A stretch of DNA of 35,789 nt from an uncultured Bacteriovoracaceae bacterium (GTDB lineage Bacteria > Desulfobacterota > Desulfomonilia > UBA1062). The notes under the pieces were generated by a model. That model ran no database searches, was not told where the DNA came from, and worked only from the letters and a program-made list of their open reading frames with translations. The translations under genes and the position numbers were made by a program. Numbering within the stretch: the first letter of the stretch is position 1; every line of letters begins with the position of its first letter. The stretch is from the NCBI GenBank assembly GCA_964353605.1, contig CAYGXB010000001.1, positions 3,932-39,720 on the forward strand, in the 5' to 3' direction. Shown one piece after another: positions 8,358-16,488 of this stretch.

Positions 8358-8370
8358 AAACCCTCCTTTT

Positions 8371-8646
8371 TTATGCATTTGTCCCGCCTCGCATCACCGG
8401 GCCGATGAAATTCATGACATGCTCCGCGAGGTGGTCGGCCTTGATCAGGGTGATGCAGCAGACAATCCCTTCCTTTTCCCAGCTGATGACGGCCAGCTTT
8501 TCGCCGGGCCGGATCTCGGCCCGCTCCCGTAAGTCCTTGGGGAGCACCATCTGCCCCCGCTCGTCGATGCTGATGAGCGACTCCACCTTGCAGCAGCTCT
8601 TGCTCTCTGCCGAGCAGCACGTTGCATCCTTTCCCTCTTTTGCCAT
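8371..8646 (-). CDS. AbrB/MazE/SpoVT-type DNA-binding domain protein with three vicinal Cys pairs
   Basis: The SpoVT-AbrB core (IDERGQMVLPKDLRERAEIRPGEKLAV) is flanked by CCSAESKSCC at the N-terminus and GIVCCITL after the core. ATG 8646 has AAGGAG upstream. Confidence 0.75.
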   Translation of the reverse strand: MAKEGKDATCCSAESKSCCKVESLISIDERGQMVLPKDLRERAEIRPGEKLAVISWEKEGIVCCITLIKADHLAEHVMNFIGPVMRGGTNA

Positions 8647-8665
8647 ATCCGTTCTCCTTGGCGGG

Positions 8666-8739
8666 ATATTTCTGATGTATGCAATCAATCAGAAATATCT
8701 GATTAATCAGAATATAACAAAATATCAGAGCGGTGTCAA
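8666..8739 (-). promoter_or_regulatory. Sigma70-like promoter with an overlapping operator array for the AbrB-like/arsM operon
   Basis: On the minus strand: -35 TTGACA (8734-8739), a 17-nt spacer, then -10 TATATT (8711-8716). There are five TCTGAT/ATCAGA half-sites at 8671-76, 8688-93, 8698-8703, 8706-11 and 8724-29. They form a perfect 14-bp palindrome TCTGATTAATCAGA (8698-8711), AATCAGA-AATA-TCTGATT (8687-8704), and an 11-bp inverted repeat ATATTTCTGAT/ATCAGAAATAT (8666-76 / 8688-98). Confidence 0.65.
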
Positions 8740-8817
8740 GAAAATTTATTGCCCTTCTCTCTCCCCTCCGGGAATGAGGGCAAGACCTTGGTGACTAGAG
8801 AGACACGCCTGGTCGAT

Positions 8818-9216
8818 TTACTCGAAATAATCCACGAATTCCGGGGGGAGCTTAGTCTTGTCGACCCGGAAGAGCTCGATGAGGACGTCGTCCGGGGCGG
8901 GGATCATGAGGTATTTCCAGATTCCAAGGTCGGTGATGTCCTTTTTGAGTTCGATGCCGCCTGCTTTGAGCGTGCATACTACCTCTGCGATATCGTCGGT
9001 CTGGATGCCGAAGTGATGGATGTTGCCCCGGCAGGGGTTCTTGGGAGGCTGGTCGTAAAGGTGGAGCCTGCCGCTCCCGATCCTGATGAACACATTGCGG
9101 GCGCCGGCGAGTTTCTCGTCGAGAACCACCTTGCCCCCGAAGAAGTCTACATAGAAGCGGATGCTCTTTTCGATATCCGAGGCAAAGATATGCACATGGT
9201 GGATATGACACGGCAT
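8818..9216 (-). CDS. VOC (glyoxalase/bleomycin resistance/dioxygenase) family protein
   Basis: 132 aa. It shows the beta-alpha-beta-beta-beta pattern with H at the N-terminus (HIHHVHIFASDIEKSIRFY) and a later HHFGIQ. GGGAGGG lies upstream. Confidence 0.75.
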   Translation of the reverse strand: MPCHIHHVHIFASDIEKSIRFYVDFFGGKVVLDEKLAGARNVFIRIGSGRLHLYDQPPKNPCRGNIHHFGIQTDDIAEVVCTLKAGGIELKKDITDLGIWKYLMIPAPDDVLIELFRVDKTKLPPEFVDYFE

Positions 9217-9235
9217 GTATCGTTGCCCTCCCTAT

Positions 9236-9790
9236 TTATGCGCGGGCAAACAGCCGCGCCCGGCTCATCCTGGCCTGTGGTTCGGCAAGGGGTTTCAGTC
9301 CGGCCGATATGGCGATTTTCACAGTCTCGGCAAAGTCCACCTGGGATACATGCAGCTTGGGTTCCACAAGGAGGAAGCGGGCATCTTCTTTGAGCACGGA
9401 CCGTACTTCGCGGAAGAGGCGCAGCATGTCGGGAACCTCGTGGACCATCCAGAAGGCAAGGGCGAAGTCCACCTGCGCATCGATCTCGAGAGCATCCTTT
9501 GAGCATCGATGGGTATGGATGCGGGAGTCGAGCCCATGCCTGGCAGCACGGCGTCGGAGACCCTTGAGCATCTTTTCCTGGAGGTCAATTGCAATGACCT
9601 TGCCGTGCTCGCCCACCATGCGTGCCATGGGCAGAGAAAAGTACCCCATTCCGCAGCCGATGTCCATGACGGTCTGCCCCTCTTTGACGAGCCCGGAGAG
9701 GATATCCTCCGGTTTTTGCATGAGCCGCCGCAAGGGGTTATCGAAGGTATGGATCAGCCACCAGGGACAGACATGGCCCTGTTTATTCAA
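9236..9790 (-). CDS. Class I SAM-dependent methyltransferase
   Basis: Motif I VMDIGCGMGYF and post-I AIDLQEKML. The start is TTG at 9790, with a strong AAGGAGGG 6 nt upstream that overlaps the stop of the preceding GNAT gene. Confidence 0.8.
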   Translation of the reverse strand: MNKQGHVCPWWLIHTFDNPLRRLMQKPEDILSGLVKEGQTVMDIGCGMGYFSLPMARMVGEHGKVIAIDLQEKMLKGLRRRAARHGLDSRIHTHRCSKDALEIDAQVDFALAFWMVHEVPDMLRLFREVRSVLKEDARFLLVEPKLHVSQVDFAETVKIAISAGLKPLAEPQARMSRARLFARA

Positions 9791-9802
9791 CGAGGACCCT
9801 CC

Positions 9803-10291
9803 TTATTTCAGGAACAATTCCATGAAGGTCATACGGGGCCTGAATTCATCCGGGACGTCATAGTACGGTTCGATCTCCTTGAAGCCCAGCGAGCAGTAGA
9901 GGGATTTGGCACCTTCCATGATGTCGCCGGTGTCGAGCCGTATGCGGGTGTAGCCGATCTTCTTCGCCTCTTTGATGATGGTGTTGGCAAGGGCCCAGCC
10001 GATGCCCTTGCCCCGGAACGCGGGCCTCACGTACATGCGCTTGATCTCGCAGATGCCTGCGCCCATAGCCCGCAGGCCGACGCAACCGGCGGGATGATTG
10101 TCGTAGAGGACGAGCAGGAGTCTGCCATCCGGCGGGGCATAACTCCCGGGGAGCTGGGCAAACTCCTCGTCGAACCCCTGGAAGCTCAAGTCGATGCCCA
10201 GCCAGGAGACGTATTCCAGGATGAGCTTCTTTACCTGCTCCAGGTGCTCATTGGATTCTACCTTGACTATCTTTAACAAGCTCTGCCCCAT
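9803..10291 (-). CDS. GNAT family N-acetyltransferase
   Basis: Motif A RMYVRPAFRGKGIGWALA. 162 aa. The exact start is uncertain because the RBS is very close to ATG 10291. Confidence 0.8.
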   Translation of the reverse strand: MGQSLLKIVKVESNEHLEQVKKLILEYVSWLGIDLSFQGFDEEFAQLPGSYAPPDGRLLLVLYDNHPAGCVGLRAMGAGICEIKRMYVRPAFRGKGIGWALANTIIKEAKKIGYTRIRLDTGDIMEGAKSLYCSLGFKEIEPYYDVPDEFRPRMTFMELFLK

Positions 10292-10492
10292 ATCCTTTTT
10301 TTAATCCAATTGCAGACCTTTAGCAATGCGAAAATGCAAGCAATTTCAATGGCTATGCCTATGGTGGACGTCGGGAAGGTGATCATGGAGGTGCCGGAGG
10401 CCGCGGTGTTCATGATCATGTGCAGGGGTTGCATGAGGGGGGACACCTTCCGCATGCTCGTGGGCATGCTGGCCGACAGCCCGTCATGATGA

Positions 10493-11278
10493 TCATGACT
10501 GTGTGCAGGGAATGCCAGACCACAAGCGTTCCCGCATCCAATCGGTCATAGGGATGACGATGTACCCCCGTGTCATATCACCGTAAACGTGGTAGCCATC
10601 CGGACCCCAATGCCAGGCATACAAGGCTATGTATGCGCATACGGCAGCATCCAGGAGATCCTCGTAGCGTTTGAGCTCACTGCCGCTCAAGGCTGAAGGA
10701 GCGAGATCTTTCACCTTTCGCGGGATGAACATGGGCGGTACGGATTTTTCAAGGCCGATCAGGCAGGCGCGGAGGCGGATGAGTTCGCTTTGCCTGGATT
10801 CCAGGCTGCGTCCAGGCCGGGCCTTGTACTTCAGGGTTTTTCCCAGGCGGAAGAGGGCGATCATGGCCGGATGGGGGTAGACCTCGAAGACCTTGCGCAG
10901 CGCTTCGTTTTTCTGGATGAAGGGATCCTGGACAAAGCCTTCCGCATTCAACGCCTTCACGATCTCTTCGCCGCGTGTGCACCGCTTCCGATTGGCCGGG
11001 TAGCAGCCCGCGTGGTAGCGGCCGAACAGATGGGTGATTTCCTTGTCCACAGGCCGCATTCCGTCCTTATTGGGCACGATGAGCGGCGCATCGAGGGCGA
11101 CCAGCGCTTGCTGACTTCCCGCTGCCTGTTTGACGAATGCGATGATCTCGGCATCGTGTCTGAGCCGCTCGCTCCAGGATAGCCAATATGCCGTTTTTCC
11201 ATTCCAGGCCAGGGCGACTGCAGCGCAGGTGTTCCTCGCTGACCAGGCAAGGTCTATCCCGATGAAGCGCATGTTCAT
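10493..11278 (-). CDS. DUF429-like protein (predicted RNase H-fold)
   Basis: N-terminus MNMRFIGIDLAWS... and a later LDAPLIVPN motif, as I recall for DUF429. I chose the start at 11278 because its ATG overlaps the TGA of the upstream DHH gene (ATGA). Confidence 0.55.
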   Translation of the reverse strand: MNMRFIGIDLAWSARNTCAAVALAWNGKTAYWLSWSERLRHDAEIIAFVKQAAGSQQALVALDAPLIVPNKDGMRPVDKEITHLFGRYHAGCYPANRKRCTRGEEIVKALNAEGFVQDPFIQKNEALRKVFEVYPHPAMIALFRLGKTLKYKARPGRSLESRQSELIRLRACLIGLEKSVPPMFIPRKVKDLAPSALSGSELKRYEDLLDAAVCAYIALYAWHWGPDGYHVYGDMTRGYIVIPMTDWMRERLWSGIPCTQS

Positions 11279-12333
11279 GCTGTCCATAGTTCGCTTGCAA
11301 AAGCGAGGTGCTCAAGCAGCCGATTCCAGGAGGCCTTCGGTAGGAGGCCGCCCGTGGCCTGGTCATGGCCGTACCCGAAATAGCCCTCGGCGACATCCAC
11401 ATCCACCCCGGCCAGGACATCGAGGAGGTTCACACCGCTCGCGGTGCGCATGGAGAAGGCCACATAGCCCGGGATATAGCCTTCGTTGCCCACGAGCACC
11501 ATGTACTTCGGCAGGCGCGTGCGCCAGATCTGGGCGATGAGAGGATGCACCTGACAGGGACTACTTATACGCACGAGCGCAACCTGGGCGCTGAACCTGG
11601 GGCCGGCCTTTTTGGCTTCCTGCAGGGCGGCGGTGACTTCCGCCTTGTAGGTAGCAAGCTTCCTGGCCTCGGGGCTCGAACCTTCCACGATATCCCGCGG
11701 ATGCCCTGCAGTGAGGATCGCCTGCAGGGCGGTCTGGGCATCACCGGTGGCGGACCGGCGTCCGGCATTGACGAGGGACGTGGCCTCCTTCAGCCATTTC
11801 GCCTTGTAGATCTTTTTCGCTTGGGCGATGATATCGAAGGGCGCCTTCTCTCCCAGGTCGCTCAAGGTACCGATAGCGGCCGCCCAGAGCAAGTCTTCGC
11901 ATTCCGCAATTTCTGAGCAGAGCCAATAGGCGAGGAGAGCTGTATTGGGGATAGGACTCCAGGGGTAGCTGCTGATGAGCACACCCTTTTCGGGTACGCC
12001 GAGCGGCCGGTGGTGGTCGATGAAACAGGTCGGGACTGCAGGTATGACCTGTTCCGCTAAGCAGCCGAGATCGAGCACGAAGAGCGCGGCGGGAATTTCA
12101 GCTGCCACAGCGCTTCGGGTTTGAGGGGTGTAGGCGTTGGCCCCCTTGCCGGTAACGAGGATGCTCAAGGAGGAAAAACCGAGCCGCTCAAGGGTGCGGA
12201 AGAGGATAGCGCCGGATGCTACACCGTCCGCATCGCTGTGGCAGAGGACAAGGGTAGGGGCGTTTTTGTTCACGTCTTCGAGGAATGTCCTGAAGGTATG
12301 CAGGGCATCGGCGAAATCGGGGGTGTCTTTCAT
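11275..12333 (-). CDS. DHH/DHHA1 family phosphoesterase (RecJ/NrnA-like)
   Basis: LCHSDADGVASGA (DHH motif I/II region), FIDHH (the DHH motif itself), and a C-terminal GYGHDQATGG (DHHA1 GGGH-like). ATG 12333 has GGAGG upstream. The longer track ORF start at 12468 is rejected. Confidence 0.75.
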   Translation of the reverse strand: MKDTPDFADALHTFRTFLEDVNKNAPTLVLCHSDADGVASGAILFRTLERLGFSSLSILVTGKGANAYTPQTRSAVAAEIPAALFVLDLGCLAEQVIPAVPTCFIDHHRPLGVPEKGVLISSYPWSPIPNTALLAYWLCSEIAECEDLLWAAAIGTLSDLGEKAPFDIIAQAKKIYKAKWLKEATSLVNAGRRSATGDAQTALQAILTAGHPRDIVEGSSPEARKLATYKAEVTAALQEAKKAGPRFSAQVALVRISSPCQVHPLIAQIWRTRLPKYMVLVGNEGYIPGYVAFSMRTASGVNLLDVLAGVDVDVAEGYFGYGHDQATGGLLPKASWNRLLEHLAFASELWTA

Positions 12334-12601
12334 ACAACCTCCATGCCTGCCTTGTCTCAGACAGTCGTATGTATGTATGCTTGAGACGCAGTATAATGAA
12401 TGCAAGGCACGTGTCAATGGCAGGAGCATCCTCTTACATGTCAGCACCTCATCCCCCCTGGAAACCAAGGGGGTCGGGTGATTCTGATGTATATACTCAG
12501 CACACCATCGATGCGTTTATCAGCGAGAGAGAAACATATTGCCGATGGAGCGTGTTTCGTGTAATGCCACTGAGTTCAAAACGCAATGAAAGGGGTGTGC
12601 C

Positions 12602-13774
12602 ATGGGGATCATGTCGAGCACGGTGAGCATATATCAGTACCTGGTGAAGGGAGATCTCCCCGGAAATCTGGAGCGCTTTGTCGCAGAGTGTCTGCACAGG
12701 CATGCGTTCTCATCGATAGATACGACCCCCGATGAGGAATCGATCGGCTGGGTCACCCTCGACAATCACCTGGATGCTCGTTTTGAGGACGAGCATTCCT
12801 TTGCGCGCGGCGATTATCTGGCATTCACCCTGCGGAGAGACAGGCGCAAGGTTCCCGGAACCCTGTTGAAGAACCTGATGAACCAGGAATGCGAGCGCTG
12901 GATGAAGGAGCACCCCAGCCTCCAGCGGGTGCCGTCCAACCGAAGGATGGAGATCAGAGAGAATCTCTACCGTTCGCTCCTTTCCAGGATGCTCCCTGTG
13001 CCAGCTACCTGCGATCTGGCTTGGAATGTCAACAGGGGGATCGTGACCGTGGCCTCCGTCAATGCCAAGGAGCTGGATCTTGTCGAGGATGAGTTCAGGA
13101 GAACCTTTCAGGGCCTTTCCCTCCTGCCGCTTCATCCCCTGCAGCGTGCGGAGATGGTTCTCGATGCATCCCTGCAGCGTGCGCTGGTCAGGGTCGATCA
13201 GGCCTCCTCCAAGGATGTCCTCCTGCAGATCAAGAAAAATAGATGGCTGGGGTGGGAATTCTTCCTCTGGGCGATGTATCAGACGAGCACCTCGCCTTGC
13301 GAATACACGGTGGCTGCAGCTGGACCGTTCAAGGAGGGAGAGCGCTTCGTAGCCTACATGCATGACGGGTTCGTCCTTACCCATGAACACGAGGCGGGCT
13401 TGAGGAAGAGCCGGATCATCGGACCCCAGCAGGATTTTGCCGAGGCACGCACGGCGATCCAGTCCGGAAAGAATATCGTGGAAGGTGTGCTCTACTTCGA
13501 GAAGGATGATATGAGCTGGCGCATGAACCTGAAGGGGGAGATCTTCGCCTTCGGTTCCTATAAGTGCCCGCCGGTGAAGCTTGAAAGGGACGATAAGCTC
13601 GATCCGGAACAGGAACGGTTGGCGGTCTTCTATGAACGCATGTGTCTCTTGGAAGAGGGCCTCCAGCTCTTTAACAGCCTTCTCATCGCCTTTCTCAGCG
13701 TGAGGCTTGGCAGTGCGTGGGATGAAAAGGCCAAGAGCATGCATACATGGCTCCATGAAGAAAGACCGAAATAG
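12602..13774 (+). CDS. rdgC: RdgC-like recombination-associated protein (long form, 390 aa)
   Basis: Collinear with remembered E. coli RdgC landmarks: HAF..I......SIGWV, LAFTLRRDRRKVPGTLLK, IRENLYRSLLSRMLP, AWNVNRGIVTVASVNAKELDLVEDEFRRTF. Confidence 0.65.
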   Translation: MGIMSSTVSIYQYLVKGDLPGNLERFVAECLHRHAFSSIDTTPDEESIGWVTLDNHLDARFEDEHSFARGDYLAFTLRRDRRKVPGTLLKNLMNQECERWMKEHPSLQRVPSNRRMEIRENLYRSLLSRMLPVPATCDLAWNVNRGIVTVASVNAKELDLVEDEFRRTFQGLSLLPLHPLQRAEMVLDASLQRALVRVDQASSKDVLLQIKKNRWLGWEFFLWAMYQTSTSPCEYTVAAAGPFKEGERFVAYMHDGFVLTHEHEAGLRKSRIIGPQQDFAEARTAIQSGKNIVEGVLYFEKDDMSWRMNLKGEIFAFGSYKCPPVKLERDDKLDPEQERLAVFYERMCLLEEGLQLFNSLLIAFLSVRLGSAWDEKAKSMHTWLHEERPK

Positions 13775-13884
13775 ATTCTAACGTGAAGATATCCTGGGGG
13801 GAATGGCAGGGTGTAAGCCTGCCTCGATCGGGGATCTTTGCTTGACAAAGCCTGAGGTATGCAATAGTAGCATGTGCTACGCTT

Positions 13885-14439
13885 ATGCTCACTATGCACA
13901 GGATAGAAGACATTAGGATCGCTGCCGATTCCATAGGCGAGGCGGGTTTAGAGAAGGATATCTCGATTGCACCGGAGATCTTCGCCGCCGCCCTTGATAA
14001 CGCCGAATTTACGGTGAAGGAATCGCTCCATATCCACTACATAATCACCAGAGCCGGAGAAACCATCCACGCCAAGGTGCATGTCGAAGGGCGTATGGAA
14101 ACCATCTGCGCCACCTGCCTTGCGCCTGTGGCATACCCCATCAAGGTGGACCTGGACACGGATTATCTGCCGGCAGCGCCCGATATGCCGGATGACCTCG
14201 AGGCTGAGCGTCAAAGCCCGAGCCTGGGATATTACCGCAAGGATATCCCGCTCGGGGCGTATGTTTTGTCGGAGACCGTCCTTTCATTGCCGATCCGCTA
14301 TGTCTGCTCCCCGGATTGCAAGGGGCTCTGCCCACAATGCGGAACCAATTTGAACGAAAAGAAGTGCGGCTGCGAGCAGACAGTCGATCCACGTTTGGAA
14401 AAGCTTGCTTTCATAAAGAAGAAACTCAGGAGGGAATAG
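13885..14439 (+). CDS. yceD: YceD/DUF177 family protein (large-subunit rRNA accumulation)
   Basis: C-terminal [23 protein letters not shown] motif. It lies immediately upstream of rpmF, as is typical. Confidence 0.85.
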   Translation: MLTMHRIEDIRIAADSIGEAGLEKDISIAPEIFAAALDNAEFTVKESLHIHYIITRAGETIHAKVHVEGRMETICATCLAPVAYPIKVDLDTDYLPAAPDMPDDLEAERQSPSLGYYRKDIPLGAYVLSETVLSLPIRYVCSPDCKGLCPQCGTNLNEKKCGCEQTVDPRLEKLAFIKKKLRRE

Positions 14440-14443
14440 AGAG

Positions 14444-14635
14444 ATGCCTGTACCGAAGAGGAGACATTCCGGGACAAGGCGGGACAAGCGCAGGGCGCAC
14501 GATGCCCTGAAACTGCCCGCGGTTTCATTCTGTCCGAACTGCAATGAGCCGAAACCGCCACACAGGGTCTGCCCCAGCTGTGGGTATTACAAGGGCATAG
14601 AGGTCATCAAGATCGCCGAAGCAAAGAAAGAGTAA
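14444..14635 (+). CDS. rpmF: 50S ribosomal protein L32
   Basis: [19 protein letters not shown]... with a CxxC...CxxC zinc ribbon. AGGAGGG RBS. Confidence 0.95.
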   Translation: MPVPKRRHSGTRRDKRRAHDALKLPAVSFCPNCNEPKPPHRVCPSCGYYKGIEVIKIAEAKKE

Positions 14636-15468
14636 TGGCATACTGCCTCATCTTCCCCGGTCAGGGGACACAGTTTCCCGGCATGTCCGCAGGCTTTGGG
14701 CTGAAGGGGGTCGTCGATCCAGACCTCCTGGCCCTCATGGAGCAGGGACCGGAAGAGGACCTGAACCGGACGGTAAATGCCCAGCCCGCAGTTTTAGCTG
14801 CCAGCATTGCCTTGTGGCGGGCGAGCGGTCTCGATGCGGCCGCCATGGTCATGGGTCATAGCCTGGGGGAATACACGGCTCTGGTGGCCTCCGGAGCCCT
14901 CACCCTTGCGGACGGTATACGCCTGGTGGCCCAGAGAGGAGCTTTCATGGAAGCTTCCGAGCCTGGCTCCATGGCTGCGGTCATGGGCCTCTCCGTAGAG
15001 GATCTCACACAAGCGCTGGCGAGGATCAGGGATGTCTGGATAGCCAACCTGAATGGGTCGGGCCAGGTCGTGATATCCGGAAGAAAAGATTCCATGCAGG
15101 AAGCGCTTGCTGCGCTTAAGGAAAGGAAGGCCAAGGTGGTGCCGCTCAAGGTGAGCGTGGCTTCACACTGTCCGCTCATGGCAAAAGCGAGCGCGGCTCT
15201 CGCCGGATACCTTACGGGCGTGAATGTGCAGGCCCCGCGCTGCACCGTCGTCTTCAATGCGACGGCACGGCCGGAGACGGACCCGCAGAGGATCAAGGGT
15301 CTGCTTGCCGATCAGCTCGTTTCCCCGGTGAGATGGGCGGAATCCGTCGCATATGCACTCTCACAGGGTATCACACATTTCATCGAAATCGGACCGAAAT
15401 CGGTTCTGGCCGGTATGGTAAAGCGCCTCGCACCCGATGCCCGGGTAGAAATGAGGACCGTTATATGA
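14635..15468 (+). CDS. fabD: Malonyl-CoA-ACP transacylase (compact, 277 aa)
   Basis: [17 protein letters not shown] (active-site Ser), [14 protein letters not shown]. The start ATG overlaps the rpmF TAA (TAATG). Confidence 0.9.
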   Translation: MAYCLIFPGQGTQFPGMSAGFGLKGVVDPDLLALMEQGPEEDLNRTVNAQPAVLAASIALWRASGLDAAAMVMGHSLGEYTALVASGALTLADGIRLVAQRGAFMEASEPGSMAAVMGLSVEDLTQALARIRDVWIANLNGSGQVVISGRKDSMQEALAALKERKAKVVPLKVSVASHCPLMAKASAALAGYLTGVNVQAPRCTVVFNATARPETDPQRIKGLLADQLVSPVRWAESVAYALSQGITHFIEIGPKSVLAGMVKRLAPDARVEMRTVI

Positions 15469-16205
15469 TAATCGATCTCAAGGATAAGGTTGCCATCGTC
15501 ACCGGGGCGAGCCGAGGTATCGGCGCCGCCATTGCGAAGACCTTGGGGGCAAGCGGGGCGCATGTGATCGTCAACTATCGCACGCAAACCGACTTGGCAC
15601 AGGCGGTGGCGGATGATATCACGGCCCACGGGAGCAGTGCCGAAATCATGGGTTTCGACGTCGCTGATGATCAAGCGGTCAGGGCCTGTTTTAAAGTAGT
15701 AACCGACCGCCATGGAAGGATCGACATCCTCGTCAATAACGCCGGCATCTCGAAGGATGCACTGATGCTGAGGGTGAAGCCGGAAGATTTCGATGCAGTC
15801 GTGCAGGTAAACCTTAAGGGTGCGTTTATCTGTGCTTTTCATGCCTCCCGATCTATGATAAAGCAACATGCAGGGAGGATAATCAATATTTCCTCCATTG
15901 TGGGCCTGGGCGGGAATGCCGGCCAGAGCGTATACGCCTCAGCCAAAGCGGGACTTATTGGGCTGACGAAAAGCCTGGCAAAAGAGCTTGGTTCCCGGGG
16001 AATCCTCGTGAATGCCGTGGCCCCGGGGTTGATTGAAACTGACATGACGCGTGGAATGGATGTGATATCCATGGGAGCAGGGATACCCCTCGGAAGGGTG
16101 GGGCGCCCGGAGGATGTCGCCGGGGTGGTACTTTTCTTGTGCTCTGATCTGGGGTCTTACATTACCGGCCAGGTCATTGTAGTGGATGGCGGGCTCTATG
16201 CATGA
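15465..16205 (+). CDS. fabG: 3-oxoacyl-ACP reductase
   Basis: Start [24 protein letters not shown] overlaps the fabD stop (ATGA). SDR motifs NNAG and YxxxK (YASAKAG) are present. The upstream 44 codons of the track ORF are rejected. Confidence 0.9.
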   Translation: MIIDLKDKVAIVTGASRGIGAAIAKTLGASGAHVIVNYRTQTDLAQAVADDITAHGSSAEIMGFDVADDQAVRACFKVVTDRHGRIDILVNNAGISKDALMLRVKPEDFDAVVQVNLKGAFICAFHASRSMIKQHAGRIINISSIVGLGGNAGQSVYASAKAGLIGLTKSLAKELGSRGILVNAVAPGLIETDMTRGMDVISMGAGIPLGRVGRPEDVAGVVLFLCSDLGSYITGQVIVVDGGLYA

Positions 16206-16245
16206 GAGATGCAGAAGCCTTCAAAGATAGAAAGGAGGTAAATTG

Positions 16246-16479
16246 ATGGTTGATGTCCAAAAGCGGATCATAGAACTTATTGCCGAGCAGCTTGAGCGCG
16301 ATCCTTCCGAGATCACCCCTGAGATGTCATTTGCCGACGATCTTGGCGCAGACTCCCTTGACCTGGTCGAACTCATCATGACCGTTGAGGAGGAGTTCAA
16401 TATCGAGATTCCGGATGATGAGGCGGAGAAGATCAAATTCGTAAAGGATGCCATAAATTACGTCAAGGCTAGATTATAA
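16246..16479 (+). CDS. acpP: Acyl carrier protein
   Basis: DLGADSLD phosphopantetheine attachment site. AGGAGG RBS. I prefer ATG 16246 over TTG 16243. Confidence 0.95.
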   Translation: MVDVQKRIIELIAEQLERDPSEITPEMSFADDLGADSLDLVELIMTVEEEFNIEIPDDEAEKIKFVKDAINYVKARL

Positions 16480-16488
16480 ACCATATTC

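Noticed and set aside
10273-10467. 64-aa minus-strand ORF with one hydrophobic segment, between DUF429 and GNAT
   Set aside because: It overlaps the GNAT start by 19 nt. It has no clear RBS and no family resemblance. It could be a small membrane protein, but the support is insufficient.
12482-12492. The 11-mer TTCTGATGTAT is shared with the arsM-operon operator (8670-8680), suggesting a second operator upstream of rdgC
   Set aside because: A single shared 11-mer is expected by chance many times in a 36-kb window. No palindromic partner of operator quality lies nearby.
12710-13756. 348-aa minus-strand ORF
   Set aside because: It is a shadow of the RdgC-like gene. It has no domain signature and no RBS.
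13842-13870. TTGACA-17 nt-TAGTAG as a promoter for yceD
   Set aside because: The -10 candidate lacks the invariant final T. A transcription start here would also leave no room for an RBS before ATG 13885. This is too weak to call.
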